From an uncultured Spirochaetota bacterium (GTDB lineage Bacteria; Spirochaetota; Brevinematia; Brevinematales; JAOACQ01): a stretch of 64,000 nucleotides of DNA. Shown in pieces: positions 20,758 to 31,957 of the stretch. The notes beneath the pieces were generated by a model, which was given only the letters and a program-made list of their open reading frames with translations, made no database searches and was not told where the DNA came from. The position numbers were made by a program, and so were the translations under genes. Where the stretch lies: contig CAWAOD010000009.1 in NCBI GenBank assembly GCA_963783575.1, forward strand, positions 608,001-672,000. Reading direction: 5' to 3'. Positions within the stretch are counted from its first letter, which is position 1; each line of letters opens with the position of its first letter.

Positions 20758-21194
20758 TGTTAGATTCATTTTATCACTTTAAGAAATTGCCGGATATTAC
20801 CAGTAAAACAAGGTTTGATTTAATTGAATATTCCAATGAATATGAACCACTTCATAACCCATTGAAAAGAACCGGTGATATTGTAATATATCTATGTGAA
20901 AATCATTGTGTAAAAGATTCAGCAAGGAAAACTGATAAAGCAATCACACAGGCAGGCAGTAATATTTCCAGTGTTTATATTCCTAATATTAGCAAGGCTC
21001 AATTTGCTTTTGGAGACTGCCGGGGAACTCAGGACGCTATCCTTATGAATATTCAAGAAAATGATATTCAGCTTTATATATCCAAAGGGAAAAAAAATAA
21101 TGTTCAGGCTTTGTTTAATCTTTTTATTGATAATGAACTTGAAAGTGAAATTCAGAGATTAAAAAAGGAAGCGGTTAAAATAAAAAATGCTTAA
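20754..21194 (+). CDS. Hypothetical protein of the element
   Basis: ATGA overlap with the excisionase-like gene. Confidence 0.65.
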   Translation: MMLDSFYHFKKLPDITSKTRFDLIEYSNEYEPLHNPLKRTGDIVIYLCENHCVKDSARKTDKAITQAGSNISSVYIPNISKAQFAFGDCRGTQDAILMNIQENDIQLYISKGKKNNVQALFNLFIDNELESEIQRLKKEAVKIKNA

Positions 21195-21243
21195 TTAATA
21201 AAGGGTTTCTTATATCACTTTTTGATACATTGTTGAGGTTATA

Positions 21244-22152
21244 ATGTATGATTCAATCTATATGAGATTAGAAACAAATAAACCAGTTTATAATAAATTG
21301 GACAGGGTTAATGAGAAGACCGTCAAAGAGACAGGACTTATTTCTTATCAGGGTTATGCTGGCAATATAAGAGTTAAACAGGATATTTTAGGTATTGCTT
21401 TTGCTGGGAGTCTGCCTAAGCTTTTGTATGGTAATAATATTTCAAGGTTCAGCAGACAAGATACAATGAGGGCAATTGAATATTTAAGCGATACCCTGGA
21501 AATACCTGTAATAAAAGCCAATGTTTTTAGCCTTGAAATAGCTGATAGTTTTATTATGAAATACCCTGTAAATAATTATCTTGATTGCTTAGGTGATATG
21601 AGATATTTTAAGCCAATGATAATAGCAGGTCAAACAAAGAATTATTTTAATAAAAATAAATGTATAAAGTTTTATGATAAAATTATTGAGATGAAAAGCA
21701 AGAAACAGGTTATCCCGGAAATATTTCAAGGCCGGAATGTTTTAAGGTATGAAGTTAAGATTCAGAAAAGGTTATCAGCGGCTTTTAAAATGCCGGAAGT
21801 GAAAGCAGAAAATTTGTACAATGAGGCTTTTTATATCAACGCTTTGAATCTATGGAAATACTTTTATTTTCAGATTGAAAAAAGAAAAAGAATTGTATTC
21901 AATGGAGAAGCGGCCATGTTAGATACAAAAAGTTTTATAAATCAATTAGCATTAATCGGAATTCAATCAATGGGTATGCCTGAAGTTAAGAAAATGATTG
22001 AATTATCAAAAGGCAACATTTCCAGACTTCAATATTCCAGATTGAAAGGAAGGCTTAAAGAATTAGAGAATACAAAAAGCTTTACGGAACCTTTGGAAAC
22101 TATTCAAGAACTTGATAAAAAGGTCAAGCAAGCGGTCATGTATTACAGATAA
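21244..22152 (+). CDS. Phage/plasmid replication protein, gpII/X family
   Basis: MYDSI, GSLPKLLYGNN, KFYDKIIE and NVLRYE motifs. Confidence 0.7.
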   Translation: MYDSIYMRLETNKPVYNKLDRVNEKTVKETGLISYQGYAGNIRVKQDILGIAFAGSLPKLLYGNNISRFSRQDTMRAIEYLSDTLEIPVIKANVFSLEIADSFIMKYPVNNYLDCLGDMRYFKPMIIAGQTKNYFNKNKCIKFYDKIIEMKSKKQVIPEIFQGRNVLRYEVKIQKRLSAAFKMPEVKAENLYNEAFYINALNLWKYFYFQIEKRKRIVFNGEAAMLDTKSFINQLALIGIQSMGMPEVKKMIELSKGNISRLQYSRLKGRLKELENTKSFTEPLETIQELDKKVKQAVMYYR

Positions 22153-22167
22153 AAGGGAGAATAAAAT

Positions 22168-22578
22168 ATGATTAGTAAAGACAAGCAAGAAAAATTCATT
22201 GAGTTAAGGGCAAAGGGTTATAGTTTTGACAGTATTGTAAAAGAGATTGAAGTATCAAAGCCGACTTTGATAAAATGGCAAACTGAATTAAAGAGAGAAA
22301 TTAAAAATTTTGAATATGCTATTTATCAGGGCTTGATTGAATCTTATAAAAAAGGTAGGGAAAAAAGAGTACAAGGGTTTACAGAGCTGTTAGAAAAAAT
22401 CAATAAAGAGCTTGTAAGCAGGGAGTTAACCACATTTACAATCAAGGATTTATTACTATTAAAAACAGAATTACAACAAGATTTTAATAAGGAAATCCAG
22501 AATATTAAATACCATACAGGTGAAATGAAAGACATTTTTGAAAATTCAATGCAGACAGAAACCACAATTGATTTATAA
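22168..22578 (+). CDS. Helix-turn-helix protein
   Basis: KFIELRAKGYSFDSIVKEIEVSKPTLIKW. Confidence 0.75.
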   Translation: MISKDKQEKFIELRAKGYSFDSIVKEIEVSKPTLIKWQTELKREIKNFEYAIYQGLIESYKKGREKRVQGFTELLEKINKELVSRELTTFTIKDLLLLKTELQQDFNKEIQNIKYHTGEMKDIFENSMQTETTIDL

Positions 22579-22604
22579 AACTTTACAAAAATTATACAAA
22601 ATTC

Positions 22605-22639
22605 AGGTAGGGATTTTACTTTTCCCTGCCTATTTTTTT
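22605..22639 (+). terminator. Rho-independent terminator
   Basis: AGGTAGGGA...TCCCTGCCT stem followed by a T7 tract. Confidence 0.7.
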
Positions 22640-22829
22640 ACTAAAAAATAATGTTTGCAGTAAAAAAGATATATTAAAAAGAATTCCTTTTATGAAAGAA
22701 AGTTTTGAGAGAGAAGAAAATAAAGAATCAATTTAATTATAAATTTGCATTGATTCTTTTTAACCTTATTTGTATCTTTCAATATTTTTGTTAAATAAAC
22801 AATAATCATTTCTTGCAATAATATTTTAT

Positions 22830-23384
22830 TTAAAAATCCTTATTGTTTGTATTGCTGATAATTGAATTATACATTTTTCTTGATTGTTTTATTAAATCTT
22901 TATCGATTTCATATATTAAATTTCTTTCTTGAGGAATATAAAAAGGCCTTCTATAATTAGAATTTCTTGAAAGAAATGTATAATTATTATACTGAATTCG
23001 ATATTTATTGTCTTTAATATCTATAATCATTGTATATTCAGAAGGATATTGAATACCAAAAATAAAATCATATTTATAATAAATAACACCTTTTCCAATA
23101 ATTTGACCGTTATCCGGGTCTTTATTTTGAATCACAGATTTTGAGTTAATATAATTTACTGCAATCCATTCTATTAATTTATCATAAATCTGCTTTTGAT
23201 TCATTTCAACTTCATAAATTAAAGTTATTCTCTGATCGTCTGATTTTGTGATATGTGTATCGTTTGTAAATAAATCGTTTGTTGAAATTATTGTATTTGT
23301 ATTTGATTCTGTATCGCCATAACAAAAAATAATAAATAAACTCATTATCCATACTGACATAATTATTACAGCTATGTTTTTCAT
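22830..23384 (-). CDS. DUF4468-like exported protein
   Basis: QKQIYDKLIEWIA...SKSVIQ..D...GQIIGKG...IDIKDNKYRI. Confidence 0.6.
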   Translation of the reverse strand: MKNIAVIIMSVWIMSLFIIFCYGDTESNTNTIISTNDLFTNDTHITKSDDQRITLIYEVEMNQKQIYDKLIEWIAVNYINSKSVIQNKDPDNGQIIGKGVIYYKYDFIFGIQYPSEYTMIIDIKDNKYRIQYNNYTFLSRNSNYRRPFYIPQERNLIYEIDKDLIKQSRKMYNSIISNTNNKDF

Positions 23385-23399
23385 ATTTACCTTCCTTTT

Positions 23400-23780
23400 T
23401 TAAAATGTTTCTATTGATCCGCTACATGTTGCTATTACATAAGCCCCGGTTGAGGTGGATTCCTTTTTTACACTTCCATTAACATAAATTCTTGTGGTTA
23501 CACTACCGCTATCAAAGTTATTTTGAGCAGAAATATATAAAAACTGTGAAATATCATTGACTGTAAAAGAATATGTCCAGGGTAAAGCGGAAGCAGATAT
23601 TTGAGAAGTACCGTCTGAACTGTTTTCATAAGTTAGACTTGCAGCCGTGCATTGACCCGACCCGACAACTTCATATTTAATCAAATAACTACTTGCTTTT
23701 GACGATGATGATGATTGATTTGATAAATCACAACTTGTTAAAAATAAAATAACAAAAATAATTCCTATCAAATATTTCAT
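23400..23780 (-). CDS. Lipoprotein with MmpS-like beta-sandwich
   Basis: Lipobox LTSC and IKYEV.G...LPW...ISAQ...RIYVNG...ATC. Confidence 0.65.
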   Translation of the reverse strand: MKYLIGIIFVILFLTSCDLSNQSSSSSKASSYLIKYEVVGSGQCTAASLTYENSSDGTSQISASALPWTYSFTVNDISQFLYISAQNNFDSGSVTTRIYVNGSVKKESTSTGAYVIATCSGSIETF

Positions 23781-24185
23781 ATTATTTCCTCATAACCCCC
23801 AAATTTATTTAATATCTATACCAATGAACCCACCCGGTAAACTTTCCAATGAATCCTCAAAACCTTTCTAAAATAAGACTTCCAGATAACGGTTATTTTT
23901 GTATTCACTATTATACTACCGTCCAGCCGAAAGTCAAGACTTTTGTATAATTCATTCCTTATTTTTTACCTTTGATTTATATAAAATTGTTACCTTATTG
24001 TTACTTACTAAATAATATTATATTAATAATTCTATATATCATATTTAATTAATTTATAATAATGCAAAAATCCTTGCTAAAGCAAAATATGCCCTGAGCC
24101 TGACAAGAGCGAGTACAGCCCGGAGCTTGCAAGCATGGAACGGAACAGTTATGCCTTGTTGTTGTTAGCAGTGGCAAAAAAATGT

Positions 24186-24836
24186 TTAACTTTTAATGCT
24201 CGTATAAGCATAATATAATGCTATAAAACCAAATATAATTAAACACATATTTGAAAAAGTTATAAATAATATTTTAATTTTCTCATTTATTACTTTTTTT
24301 AATTTACTAATTATAAAAGTAAGTGGAATAAACCATATCATTACACCAACCATAATTAGAAAAATAGTTATTATCATATAATTTTTAGAAATAGGATATT
24401 TTTCATTCCAAATGAGAAAATAATTTCCAGCTATTGCAATCCAACCAACTATAGTCATAGGATTTGTTAAAGTAATTAAAATCCCTGAAATAAATGTTGC
24501 AAATAGGTTAGTTTGAAATTTTATTACTTCACTATCAACTTTTTGTTTATTACTTAAAGATATTATTGATAATATTCCCAGAAAAATTAAAATTAATCCA
24601 CAGATTACCAATGATACTATTTTTAAGTAATGATTATTTGTTATTAGATTCGATATACCAATATAAACAAGAATTATGTAAAAAACATCTGAAACACAAG
24701 AACCTATTGAAAAGAAAATACTATTCTTAAATCCATACATTATTGCTCTTTGACAAGCTATAATAGTTACAGAACCTGGAGGAATAGCAACAATAATCCC
24801 TAATATAATTGCTGATAATAAATAATTAATAATCAT
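24186..24836 (-). CDS. LysE family translocator
   Basis: AIPPGSV and GILITLTNP motifs, hydrophobic. ATG at 24836 follows GGAG. Confidence 0.85.
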   Translation of the reverse strand: MIINYLLSAIILGIIVAIPPGSVTIIACQRAIMYGFKNSIFFSIGSCVSDVFYIILVYIGISNLITNNHYLKIVSLVICGLILIFLGILSIISLSNKQKVDSEVIKFQTNLFATFISGILITLTNPMTIVGWIAIAGNYFLIWNEKYPISKNYMIITIFLIMVGVMIWFIPLTFIISKLKKVINEKIKILFITFSNMCLIIFGFIALYYAYTSIKS

Positions 24837-25135
24837 TAATACTCCAAGCTTTTTTCGGCATTGCGTACAACTCGATACACGAATTGTATATATCATTTGA
24901 ATAATGTAGTAAAATAGGCAATTATTTCAAAACTTCAATATTAAGTTATTTTAAGTTAGAGATCTGCCGATCAACGTATAGAAATAATTTAATTATAACA
25001 TTTTATTTTGCCACTTGTCAACCAGTTAATTTATTAAATTAAATTTTCTATATTATCTGCAATTAATATTCAAACTCTTAGTCGTTTTCGTCTGTCACGG
25101 AGAAACATTTTTATTTCCGACAAGTTTTCGTAAAA

Positions 25136-25204
25136 TTGATAAACAGTCGATTAAACTATATAATATTTGTTGAGTAAAAATTCTTTAAGAATTTTTACTC
25201 AACA
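25136..25204 (+). promoter_or_regulatory. sigma70 promoter followed by a perfect 37-bp palindrome
   Basis: TTGATA-17-TATAAT (25136-25164), then TGTTGAGTAAAAATTCTT-T-AAGAATTTTTACTCAACA (25168-25204). Confidence 0.7.
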
Positions 25205-25294
25205 TGCAGTTCTTGAAGAGAATAAATGAAAGCTTACAAAACTGCACGTTTTTTCTTATATAAGAACGGATTTTTAATAAACTATAATTGCAGT

Positions 25295-25309
25295 CAAGCG
25301 GCACGCTTG
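25295..25309. repeat. Short palindromic repeat CAAGCG-GCA-CGCTTG (copy 1 of 4)
   Basis: Also at 34976, 48047 (interrupted) and 57614. Confidence 0.7.
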
Positions 25310-25319
25310 TGGAGAAATA

Positions 25320-28300
25320 ATGGCAAAATACTTGAAAAATATCTACCTTCAGGGATTCAAGTCATTCCCGATAAAAACAAATATCGAACTTGTCGATGGA
25401 ATAACCGGTATTGTCGGTGCAAATGGCTCCGGTAAGTCCAATGTTGTCGAGGCTTTAAAATGGGTGCTCGGTGAGCAAAGCGCTAAAAGCCTCCGCGGAA
25501 GACAAGATGGAGGATGTTATTTTCAACGGGACAAAAGACAGGTCGTCAATGAGCATGGGCGAAGTCAGCCTGACATTCGACAATGAAAGCCACTGGCTGC
25601 CGATAGAATTCAGCGAAGTCTGCATTTCGAGAAGAATATTCCGTTCCGGCGAGGGCCAGTACAGCATAAACAAATCAAGGGTGCGCCTAAAGGATGTTGT
25701 CGAACTTTTCCTGGATACTGGGATAGGGCGTGACAGTTATGCCATTTTTGAGCAGGGAAAAATCGACCGTTTGCTCAGTGAGAGCGCCATAGAAAGGCGT
25801 TCACTATTCGAGGACTTTGCGGGTATCTCAAAGTTCAAATTCCGGAAGGAAGAAGCGGAGAAAAAGCTTGAAAATTCAAGGTTAAATATTGAAAGGGTCA
25901 ATGATGTGCTTATTGAGCTTGAAAAAGAGGTCGCAAGTCTTAAGGAACAATCGGATAATGCCTCAAAGTACAATGATTTCCGGAGTGAACTCCGGCAGCT
26001 TGAATTGAAATTCGAAGCACTAAGGGTTCATAACTTTGAAAATGAGATTATGAACAAATATTCCCAGAAAAAAAATACCGAAGATCGCCTTAAGCCTCTT
26101 CTGGAAGAAATTAAGAAAAAAGAGAAAGACTTAATCCTGGCGGAAGAGGAAATACAAATTAAGGAAACAGAATTTAATGCAATCCGGGATGATTATACAA
26201 AGGCGGAAAGAGAATACGGGGAGATTAAATCGAGGCTCGAAAATAATAAGGAAAGGAAGACTATCCTTATCAACCAGATAAAAAACATGGAATCGCGTCT
26301 TGTCGAGGGCGGAGAAAGGGAAAAGACCTTGAAAGGCGAACTTCAGCAGAAAATGGATGAGATGGATCTGGTAACCGGCGATAAAGAAGCTGTTTATGAC
26401 GAAATGTCGGAAATACAGAATAAAATAGATGTCATTCATAAAGAGATAAAGAATCTTGACTCTGAAATATTGAAGAAGTCGAAAGAACTCGGGTTTGAGA
26501 AAATTATAAGCAAGGATGATATTGATAAGCAGAAACATGAGCTTGTAGCTTACCAGACCAGGCTTGAAAATTACAGGGCTTCACTCGAAGAAAAATGGGA
26601 AAATAGGAAAAACATACAATCCGAATTAAAAGAAAAAAATGATCAGCTCGAAATTGCGCTAAAAGATAAAAATCATCTTAAAACCGAACTTGAAAATGTA
26701 ATTTCTGACATAGAAGGACTGCATAAAAAAGAGTCGGAATTAAAACAGATGAATAATTTAAACGGTGATGAAATAAAATCCCTCCAGTATAAACTCAAAT
26801 CCATGGACAAAATCATTATGGATTCCCTTGAAAAACAATCCGGAATGCTCAAAAAATTCATGGATCAAAAGCCGCTTCTTGAATCGAATATTGATAATGC
26901 CATCAATCTTATAACAGAATGCATCCAGGAAAACCGGCCCTGGGAAGAGACAAGAGAATCGATCGAGAGATTAAAGAACCATTTTAAGGATTACAAAAAT
27001 TATTATGAAAATATTCTTGGGATTTTGTACAGCGATGAAGGTACCTATACTCATAAGGAAAATGTCCAGAAATCAATTGAGGAATTTACGGATAAAATTT
27101 ATCAAACCGAGATTGAGATTGAAACTGTCCGCAGTAAGACAAGGGAACTGCAGACTCTCAGGGAAAGCATACAGAATAATTACAATAAAAATGATTTTGA
27201 AATTCAAAACCTTGAAACCGAGACCGGTAAAATCAGCGAGCAGTTATCTTCAGTTCAGGAATCATCGAAGAACCTTGAAAATCAGATTAATGCGGCTTCG
27301 GAAACCATAAAAAAGAAGCAGATTCTCATTGAAAATATGATGCTTGCGGTCGAGGATTATGACGAAAACATCCGTGATCTGAAAGCAGATAGAAATAACC
27401 TGTTCGATGATTTAAATAAGAAAAAGGTCGAATACGCAAGAGCTGAGGAAAAGTACAAATCTCTCGACAATGAAATCCGCAGGATCAAGAACCAGATATC
27501 GGATATTGAAAAAATGCATAATACATATGATACCGACATAAAGAATTCGGCTGAGGTAATCGCTGAACTTGATAAAAGAATAGTTGATGATGCCAATAAT
27601 CAAAAAGTAATAAATGAAAAGATAAGAGAATTTCAAAATGACATTGAAAACAGGAAATCCATGATAGAGGCAATACAAAAATCAAGAAAAGTGATCGATC
27701 TTCAGCGAAAGGAAATCGAAGAAAATATTATAAAGATGGAAAAAGTCCTGGTGAATCTTGAAAATGCAATATCCGAAAGAAAAGGCTTTCTTGAATCCAT
27801 TGTCGAAAATGCTCAAAAAAATTATTCCATGGACATCCGTAAAGTTGAGATATTGAAGGAAGATAATTTCGATACCATATCAGCGGAAATCAACCGCTTC
27901 AGGATGGAGCTTCAGAACCTGGGCGATGTAAACTTGCTGGCTATCGAGCAATATCAGAACGCGAAAGAAAGAATGGATTTTTTAATCGCGCAGAAGCTTG
28001 ACAGCGAGAAGGCTATGGCTGACATTGAGGCTTTGATTAAAGAAACAAACGCAAAGTGTATTGAGCAATTTACCGCAGCTTTTGAGGATATCCGGAAGGC
28101 ATTTAAGAAGATATTCGCGAGGCTCTTCGACGGAGGCAAGGCCGACCTGGTTCTTGAAAATGAAAAAGATATTCTTAATACGGGAATTAATATTTTCGCC
28201 GAACCGCCAGGCAAAAAATTCCAGAGCATTTCCCTGCTGTCTGGAGGCGAAAGGGCGCTTGTGGCGATCGCGGTGATATTCTCGATTTTATATCTTAAAC

Positions 28301-28554
28301 CGACGCCTTTTGTAGTCCTCGATGAAATGGACGCGCCGCTCGATGATGATAATATCGAGAGGTTTAAAGCCATCGTCAAAGATTTTAAACTTTCAAGCCA
28401 GTTCATAATTGTGTCGCATTCGAAATCAACGCTTGAAATCTGCGACGCTCTTTACGGAGTAACAATGGAAGAGCTTGGAGTATCTAAGATTATAAATGTC
28501 GCTTTTGACGAAGCCGAACTGCTGTTTAAATCGGATGACAATCAGGTCATATGA
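25320..28554 (+). CDS. smc: Chromosome segregation protein SMC (short, P115-like) with an apparent +1 frameshift at ~25500
   Basis: [19 protein letters not shown] and LDEMDAPLD motifs. Removing one A restores [11 protein letters not shown]. Confidence 0.9.
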
Positions 28555-28718
28555 TAGCTTGTTGAAGGAAATCATTTTAAGTTTATACCTTTTATTTTAG
28601 GGTTAAGTATCAAGCTTATTAAGAGAAATACTTCTTCTTTACAAAAATGCAATCTTTAATTATATTTATATGTATATATGTTTTACAATATTCAATTTTG
28701 CATTAACGGAGGAAATAT

Positions 28719-29402
28719 ATGTTTTTCTGGCATGACTGGACAATGCTTCTTTTGATTCTGCCGTTGATTTTAACTTTTTGGGCGCAGTCCAGAATGAAAT
28801 CAACTTTCAGAAAATATTCGGAAATTGAAGCCGGAAGGGGTGTGACGGCGGAAAAGGTTGCCGGTTTGATATTAAATACATATGGTATTCATAATGTCCA
28901 GATAGAAAGAGTGCCCGGGATGCTGACCGATCATTACGACCCTTCAAAAGGCGTTCTGAGGCTTTCGGAAGCGGTTTACGGCAGTTCATCAATCGCCGCA
29001 ATCGGAGTAGCCGCGCATGAATCAGGGCATGCCATTCAGCATGCGCGCGGATACGCGCCCATTTCGATCCGTAATGCGATTGTACCGGTTGCCGGTATTG
29101 CCTCAAACCTTGCCATACCGCTATTTATGATAGGCTTAATTTTCAGCATACCGATACTGTTGAGGTTGGGAATCTATTTCTTTACTGGGGTCGTGGCATT
29201 CCATTTTATCACGCTGCCTGTAGAATTTGACGCGAGCAACAGGGCTATGAAAGTTCTCAGGAACGGTTCGTTTTTAAACAGGGAGGAACTTCACGGGGCA
29301 CGGGCAGTATTAACCGCGGCCGCAATGACCTACATAGCAGCCGCCTTGATGGCCATTGTGCAGCTCATCCGTCTTTTGCTGTTATCCCGTGGAAGAGACT
29401 GA
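28719..29402 (+). CDS. YugP-like zinc metallopeptidase
   Basis: LTDHYDP, AAHESGHAIQ and TLPVEFDAS. Confidence 0.88.
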   Translation: MFFWHDWTMLLLILPLILTFWAQSRMKSTFRKYSEIEAGRGVTAEKVAGLILNTYGIHNVQIERVPGMLTDHYDPSKGVLRLSEAVYGSSSIAAIGVAAHESGHAIQHARGYAPISIRNAIVPVAGIASNLAIPLFMIGLIFSIPILLRLGIYFFTGVVAFHFITLPVEFDASNRAMKVLRNGSFLNREELHGARAVLTAAAMTYIAAALMAIVQLIRLLLLSRGRD

Positions 29403-29461
29403 TCAAATCGGGATAATACCAATCGATGGAGAAAACGATTCAATGATTTAAGGGGTAATTT

Positions 29462-29974
29462 ATGTCTGATGAAAAGAAAGAAACAGGCCGTGATATTACT
29501 TTTTCAGTGTTCGGTTTTTCACTTATTGTTATCGGAGCTATCCTTCTTCTTGGTAATTTTTTTAACTTCCTTTCAATATCAAAGCTCTGGCCTCTTTTTA
29601 TGATGATACCTGTGGTTATATTTGTTCCGCTCTTAATGCAGGATTTTAACGGCAGCAACGGTGTTCTGGTGCCGACAGGCATTCTTACTTTTCTGACCGT
29701 ATACTTTTTATGGCTGAATTTTGCCGGCTGGCATTATGTTGAATTTACCTGGCCTAATTTCATACTTGCGCCAGCTGTCGGATTGTTTTTGTTTTACCTG
29801 GCAAACAGACGCAAAGCTCTTCTGATTCCGGTTTTTATTTTGACAACGATCGCGCTGGTCTTCTACGGCGTTATGTTTAATTCTAAGATCGCGATTGCGG
29901 CATGCTTTATTCTTGGAGGAGCGGCAATTCTATTCAGCTCTTTCATGCATAGCGGATCAAAAAGAAAGGGCTAA
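29462..29974 (+). CDS. Membrane protein (LiaF/LiaI-like)
   Basis: Repeated LWP/TWP motifs in hydrophobic helices. Confidence 0.55.
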   Translation: MSDEKKETGRDITFSVFGFSLIVIGAILLLGNFFNFLSISKLWPLFMMIPVVIFVPLLMQDFNGSNGVLVPTGILTFLTVYFLWLNFAGWHYVEFTWPNFILAPAVGLFLFYLANRRKALLIPVFILTTIALVFYGVMFNSKIAIAACFILGGAAILFSSFMHSGSKRKG

Positions 29975-29976
29975 GA

Positions 29977-31800
29977 TTATAGGTCTTCAAAGAATTTCTC
30001 CGATTCCTTCTCAAATTCTTCGGTAACTTGAAAGAGTTCTTCGTAAAGTTTATCGATTTCAGATTTAATATGGTGAATTTTCTTTGAGAGTTCGCCGATA
30101 GTGTTTCCGTCGCTCTTTACAGAAGCTTCAATCAGTAATTGATTATCATTGTTTATTTCCGTTTCCATATCATTGATAGCCGATTCTATCTCTTTGATCT
30201 TTTTTGACAGGGGCTTTAAAATTTTTGATTTTTCCTCATTTATCCCTGCTCGGGCTTTTCTGATCGCTTTTTTACTGTTAACAGCGGATGTTTCATTGCC
30301 ATCTTTTAAATCCTCATTTTCCCATCCGACTTCCTCTAAAAAATCTTTATAACTGCCTTCAAAAACAGTTATTTTGCCTTTATCGAAAACAATAAGGCGG
30401 TTTACAAGGGCATTCAGATACATTTCATTATGAGTCACGATTACAACTGCGCCATCAAAAGAATCTATCGCCGCGATCAGCGAATCGCAGGATTCCATAT
30501 CAAGATGGTTGGTCGGTTCGTCAAGAAGCAGCAGATGGTTCGGTGTAACGAGAAGTTTTCCAAGAAGCACCCGGCTTTTTTCACCCCCTGAAAGAACGGA
30601 AACTTTCTTCAACGCCATATCCCCTTCGAACATCATCGAACCTGCGATGTCTCTTGCTGCCTGCCTGTTCCGATCCGGGTGAGCCGACATTATTTCTTCT
30701 TCCACTGTGTTCCCTTCATAAAGCTGTTCGATATTTGTCTGGCCGAAATATCCCATATTCATTTGAGGATGATACCGCACTTCACCTGCTGCGGGTTCCA
30801 GGATTCCTGCCATCAGTTTTAGAAGTGTGGTCTTCCCTTTTCCGTTTTTACCGATTATTCCGATTCGGTCGTTTTTCCCGACAACTATACTGAAATTATG
30901 GATAATATCTATTGTTTTCCGGTCATATGAAAATGATACATTATTGCATTCAAGAGTCCATTTTCCCTGGAAAAACCCCTCCCTGAAGGAAAATTCCAGT
31001 GTTTTAATCTTTTCCAGCTTATCCATTTTCTGATTCTTTTCAAGAAGCTTTACTCTTGATTGTACCAGCCCCCCGAGTCTTGCCTTTGCCCTGAAGCGGG
31101 TTATGAAAAGTTCGACTTCCTTGCGTTTCTTCTCATCATTAACACGTGTCTTCTCATAGACCTCTTCTTCCTTTATAATCTGGCCGTAAAGCTTATCGGT
31201 GCCGCCTTCTATCTTGCGTATCTTTTTCCGGTGGATTCCCATTGTATGAGTTGTTACGCTGTCCATAAAGCTCCTGTCGTGAGTGATGAGTATGAGTTCA
31301 TCTTTCCAGGCATTGAGAAACCTGATAAGCCATCGTATGGAAACAATATCGAGGTAATTTGTCGGCTCATCGAGTAGTAAAAGATTCGGAGTTCCTGAAA
31401 GAACTTTCGTAAGATTGAGCCGCACCTGGTAACCCCCGGAAAATTCGGACGGATGCCTGTCAAAATCATCAGTTGAGAATCCAAGCCCCGACAGTATCTT
31501 TTCAGCACGCCAGTGATCATTGTGGTGTTCATCGCGCAGTCCTAGGCATGCTTCTTCTAAAACCGTACCCTGTGTAAACCTGATATTCTGCTCAAGATAA
31601 CCGATTGTGTATTTTTTTGGAATAGAAATGATCCCCGAATCAGCTTCCTCTTCGCCGGTCAGAAGCCTGAAAAGCGTTGTTTTTCCATGCCCGTTCCGGC
31701 CTGTAAGCCCGATTCTTTCACCGGAGTTTACATTAAAACTGACACTATCAAGAAGAAGCTGGCCGCCATAAGATTTGCTTAAATTTGTAACCTGTATCAT
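29977..31800 (-). CDS. ABC-F family ATPase
   Basis: Two ABC domains (GRNGHGKTT, GKNGKGKTT, LDEPTN) and no TM segments. Confidence 0.92.
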   Translation of the reverse strand: MIQVTNLSKSYGGQLLLDSVSFNVNSGERIGLTGRNGHGKTTLFRLLTGEEEADSGIISIPKKYTIGYLEQNIRFTQGTVLEEACLGLRDEHHNDHWRAEKILSGLGFSTDDFDRHPSEFSGGYQVRLNLTKVLSGTPNLLLLDEPTNYLDIVSIRWLIRFLNAWKDELILITHDRSFMDSVTTHTMGIHRKKIRKIEGGTDKLYGQIIKEEEVYEKTRVNDEKKRKEVELFITRFRAKARLGGLVQSRVKLLEKNQKMDKLEKIKTLEFSFREGFFQGKWTLECNNVSFSYDRKTIDIIHNFSIVVGKNDRIGIIGKNGKGKTTLLKLMAGILEPAAGEVRYHPQMNMGYFGQTNIEQLYEGNTVEEEIMSAHPDRNRQAARDIAGSMMFEGDMALKKVSVLSGGEKSRVLLGKLLVTPNHLLLLDEPTNHLDMESCDSLIAAIDSFDGAVVIVTHNEMYLNALVNRLIVFDKGKITVFEGSYKDFLEEVGWENEDLKDGNETSAVNSKKAIRKARAGINEEKSKILKPLSKKIKEIESAINDMETEINNDNQLLIEASVKSDGNTIGELSKKIHHIKSEIDKLYEELFQVTEEFEKESEKFFEDL

Positions 31801-31957
31801 ACCGCCGCACCATTTTTTTACATAAATTATAAACTGTAAAGCATAAAAAATCTAATATGGACAAATTGCATGGAAAATGTTCTGAAGTCAACAGTAGAAT
31901 ATTTTGCCTATTTTTACCGATAATTAAGCATTAAAAATCATAACCAAGGAATATCAT

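Larger units (their letters stand above)
19336..24010. mobile_element. Integrative element remnant (excisionase-like HTH, gpII/X-type Rep, cargo) with no integrase; boundaries approximate
   Basis: Visibly lower GC, gene content, and TTGTTAC direct repeats 11 bp apart near 23987-24004. Confidence 0.6.

Noticed and set aside
21200..21243. Possible rolling-circle nick site upstream of rep
   Set aside because: Only a weak inverted repeat, not supportable without homologous elements.
25320..25586. Programmed frameshift or true pseudogene in smc
   Set aside because: No slippery sequence, and the same single-base pattern recurs in unrelated genes, so error is more likely.
31895..31923. sigma28-like promoter (ACCGATAA) before the isoprenoid synthase-like gene
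   Set aside because: Poor -35 element and off spacing.
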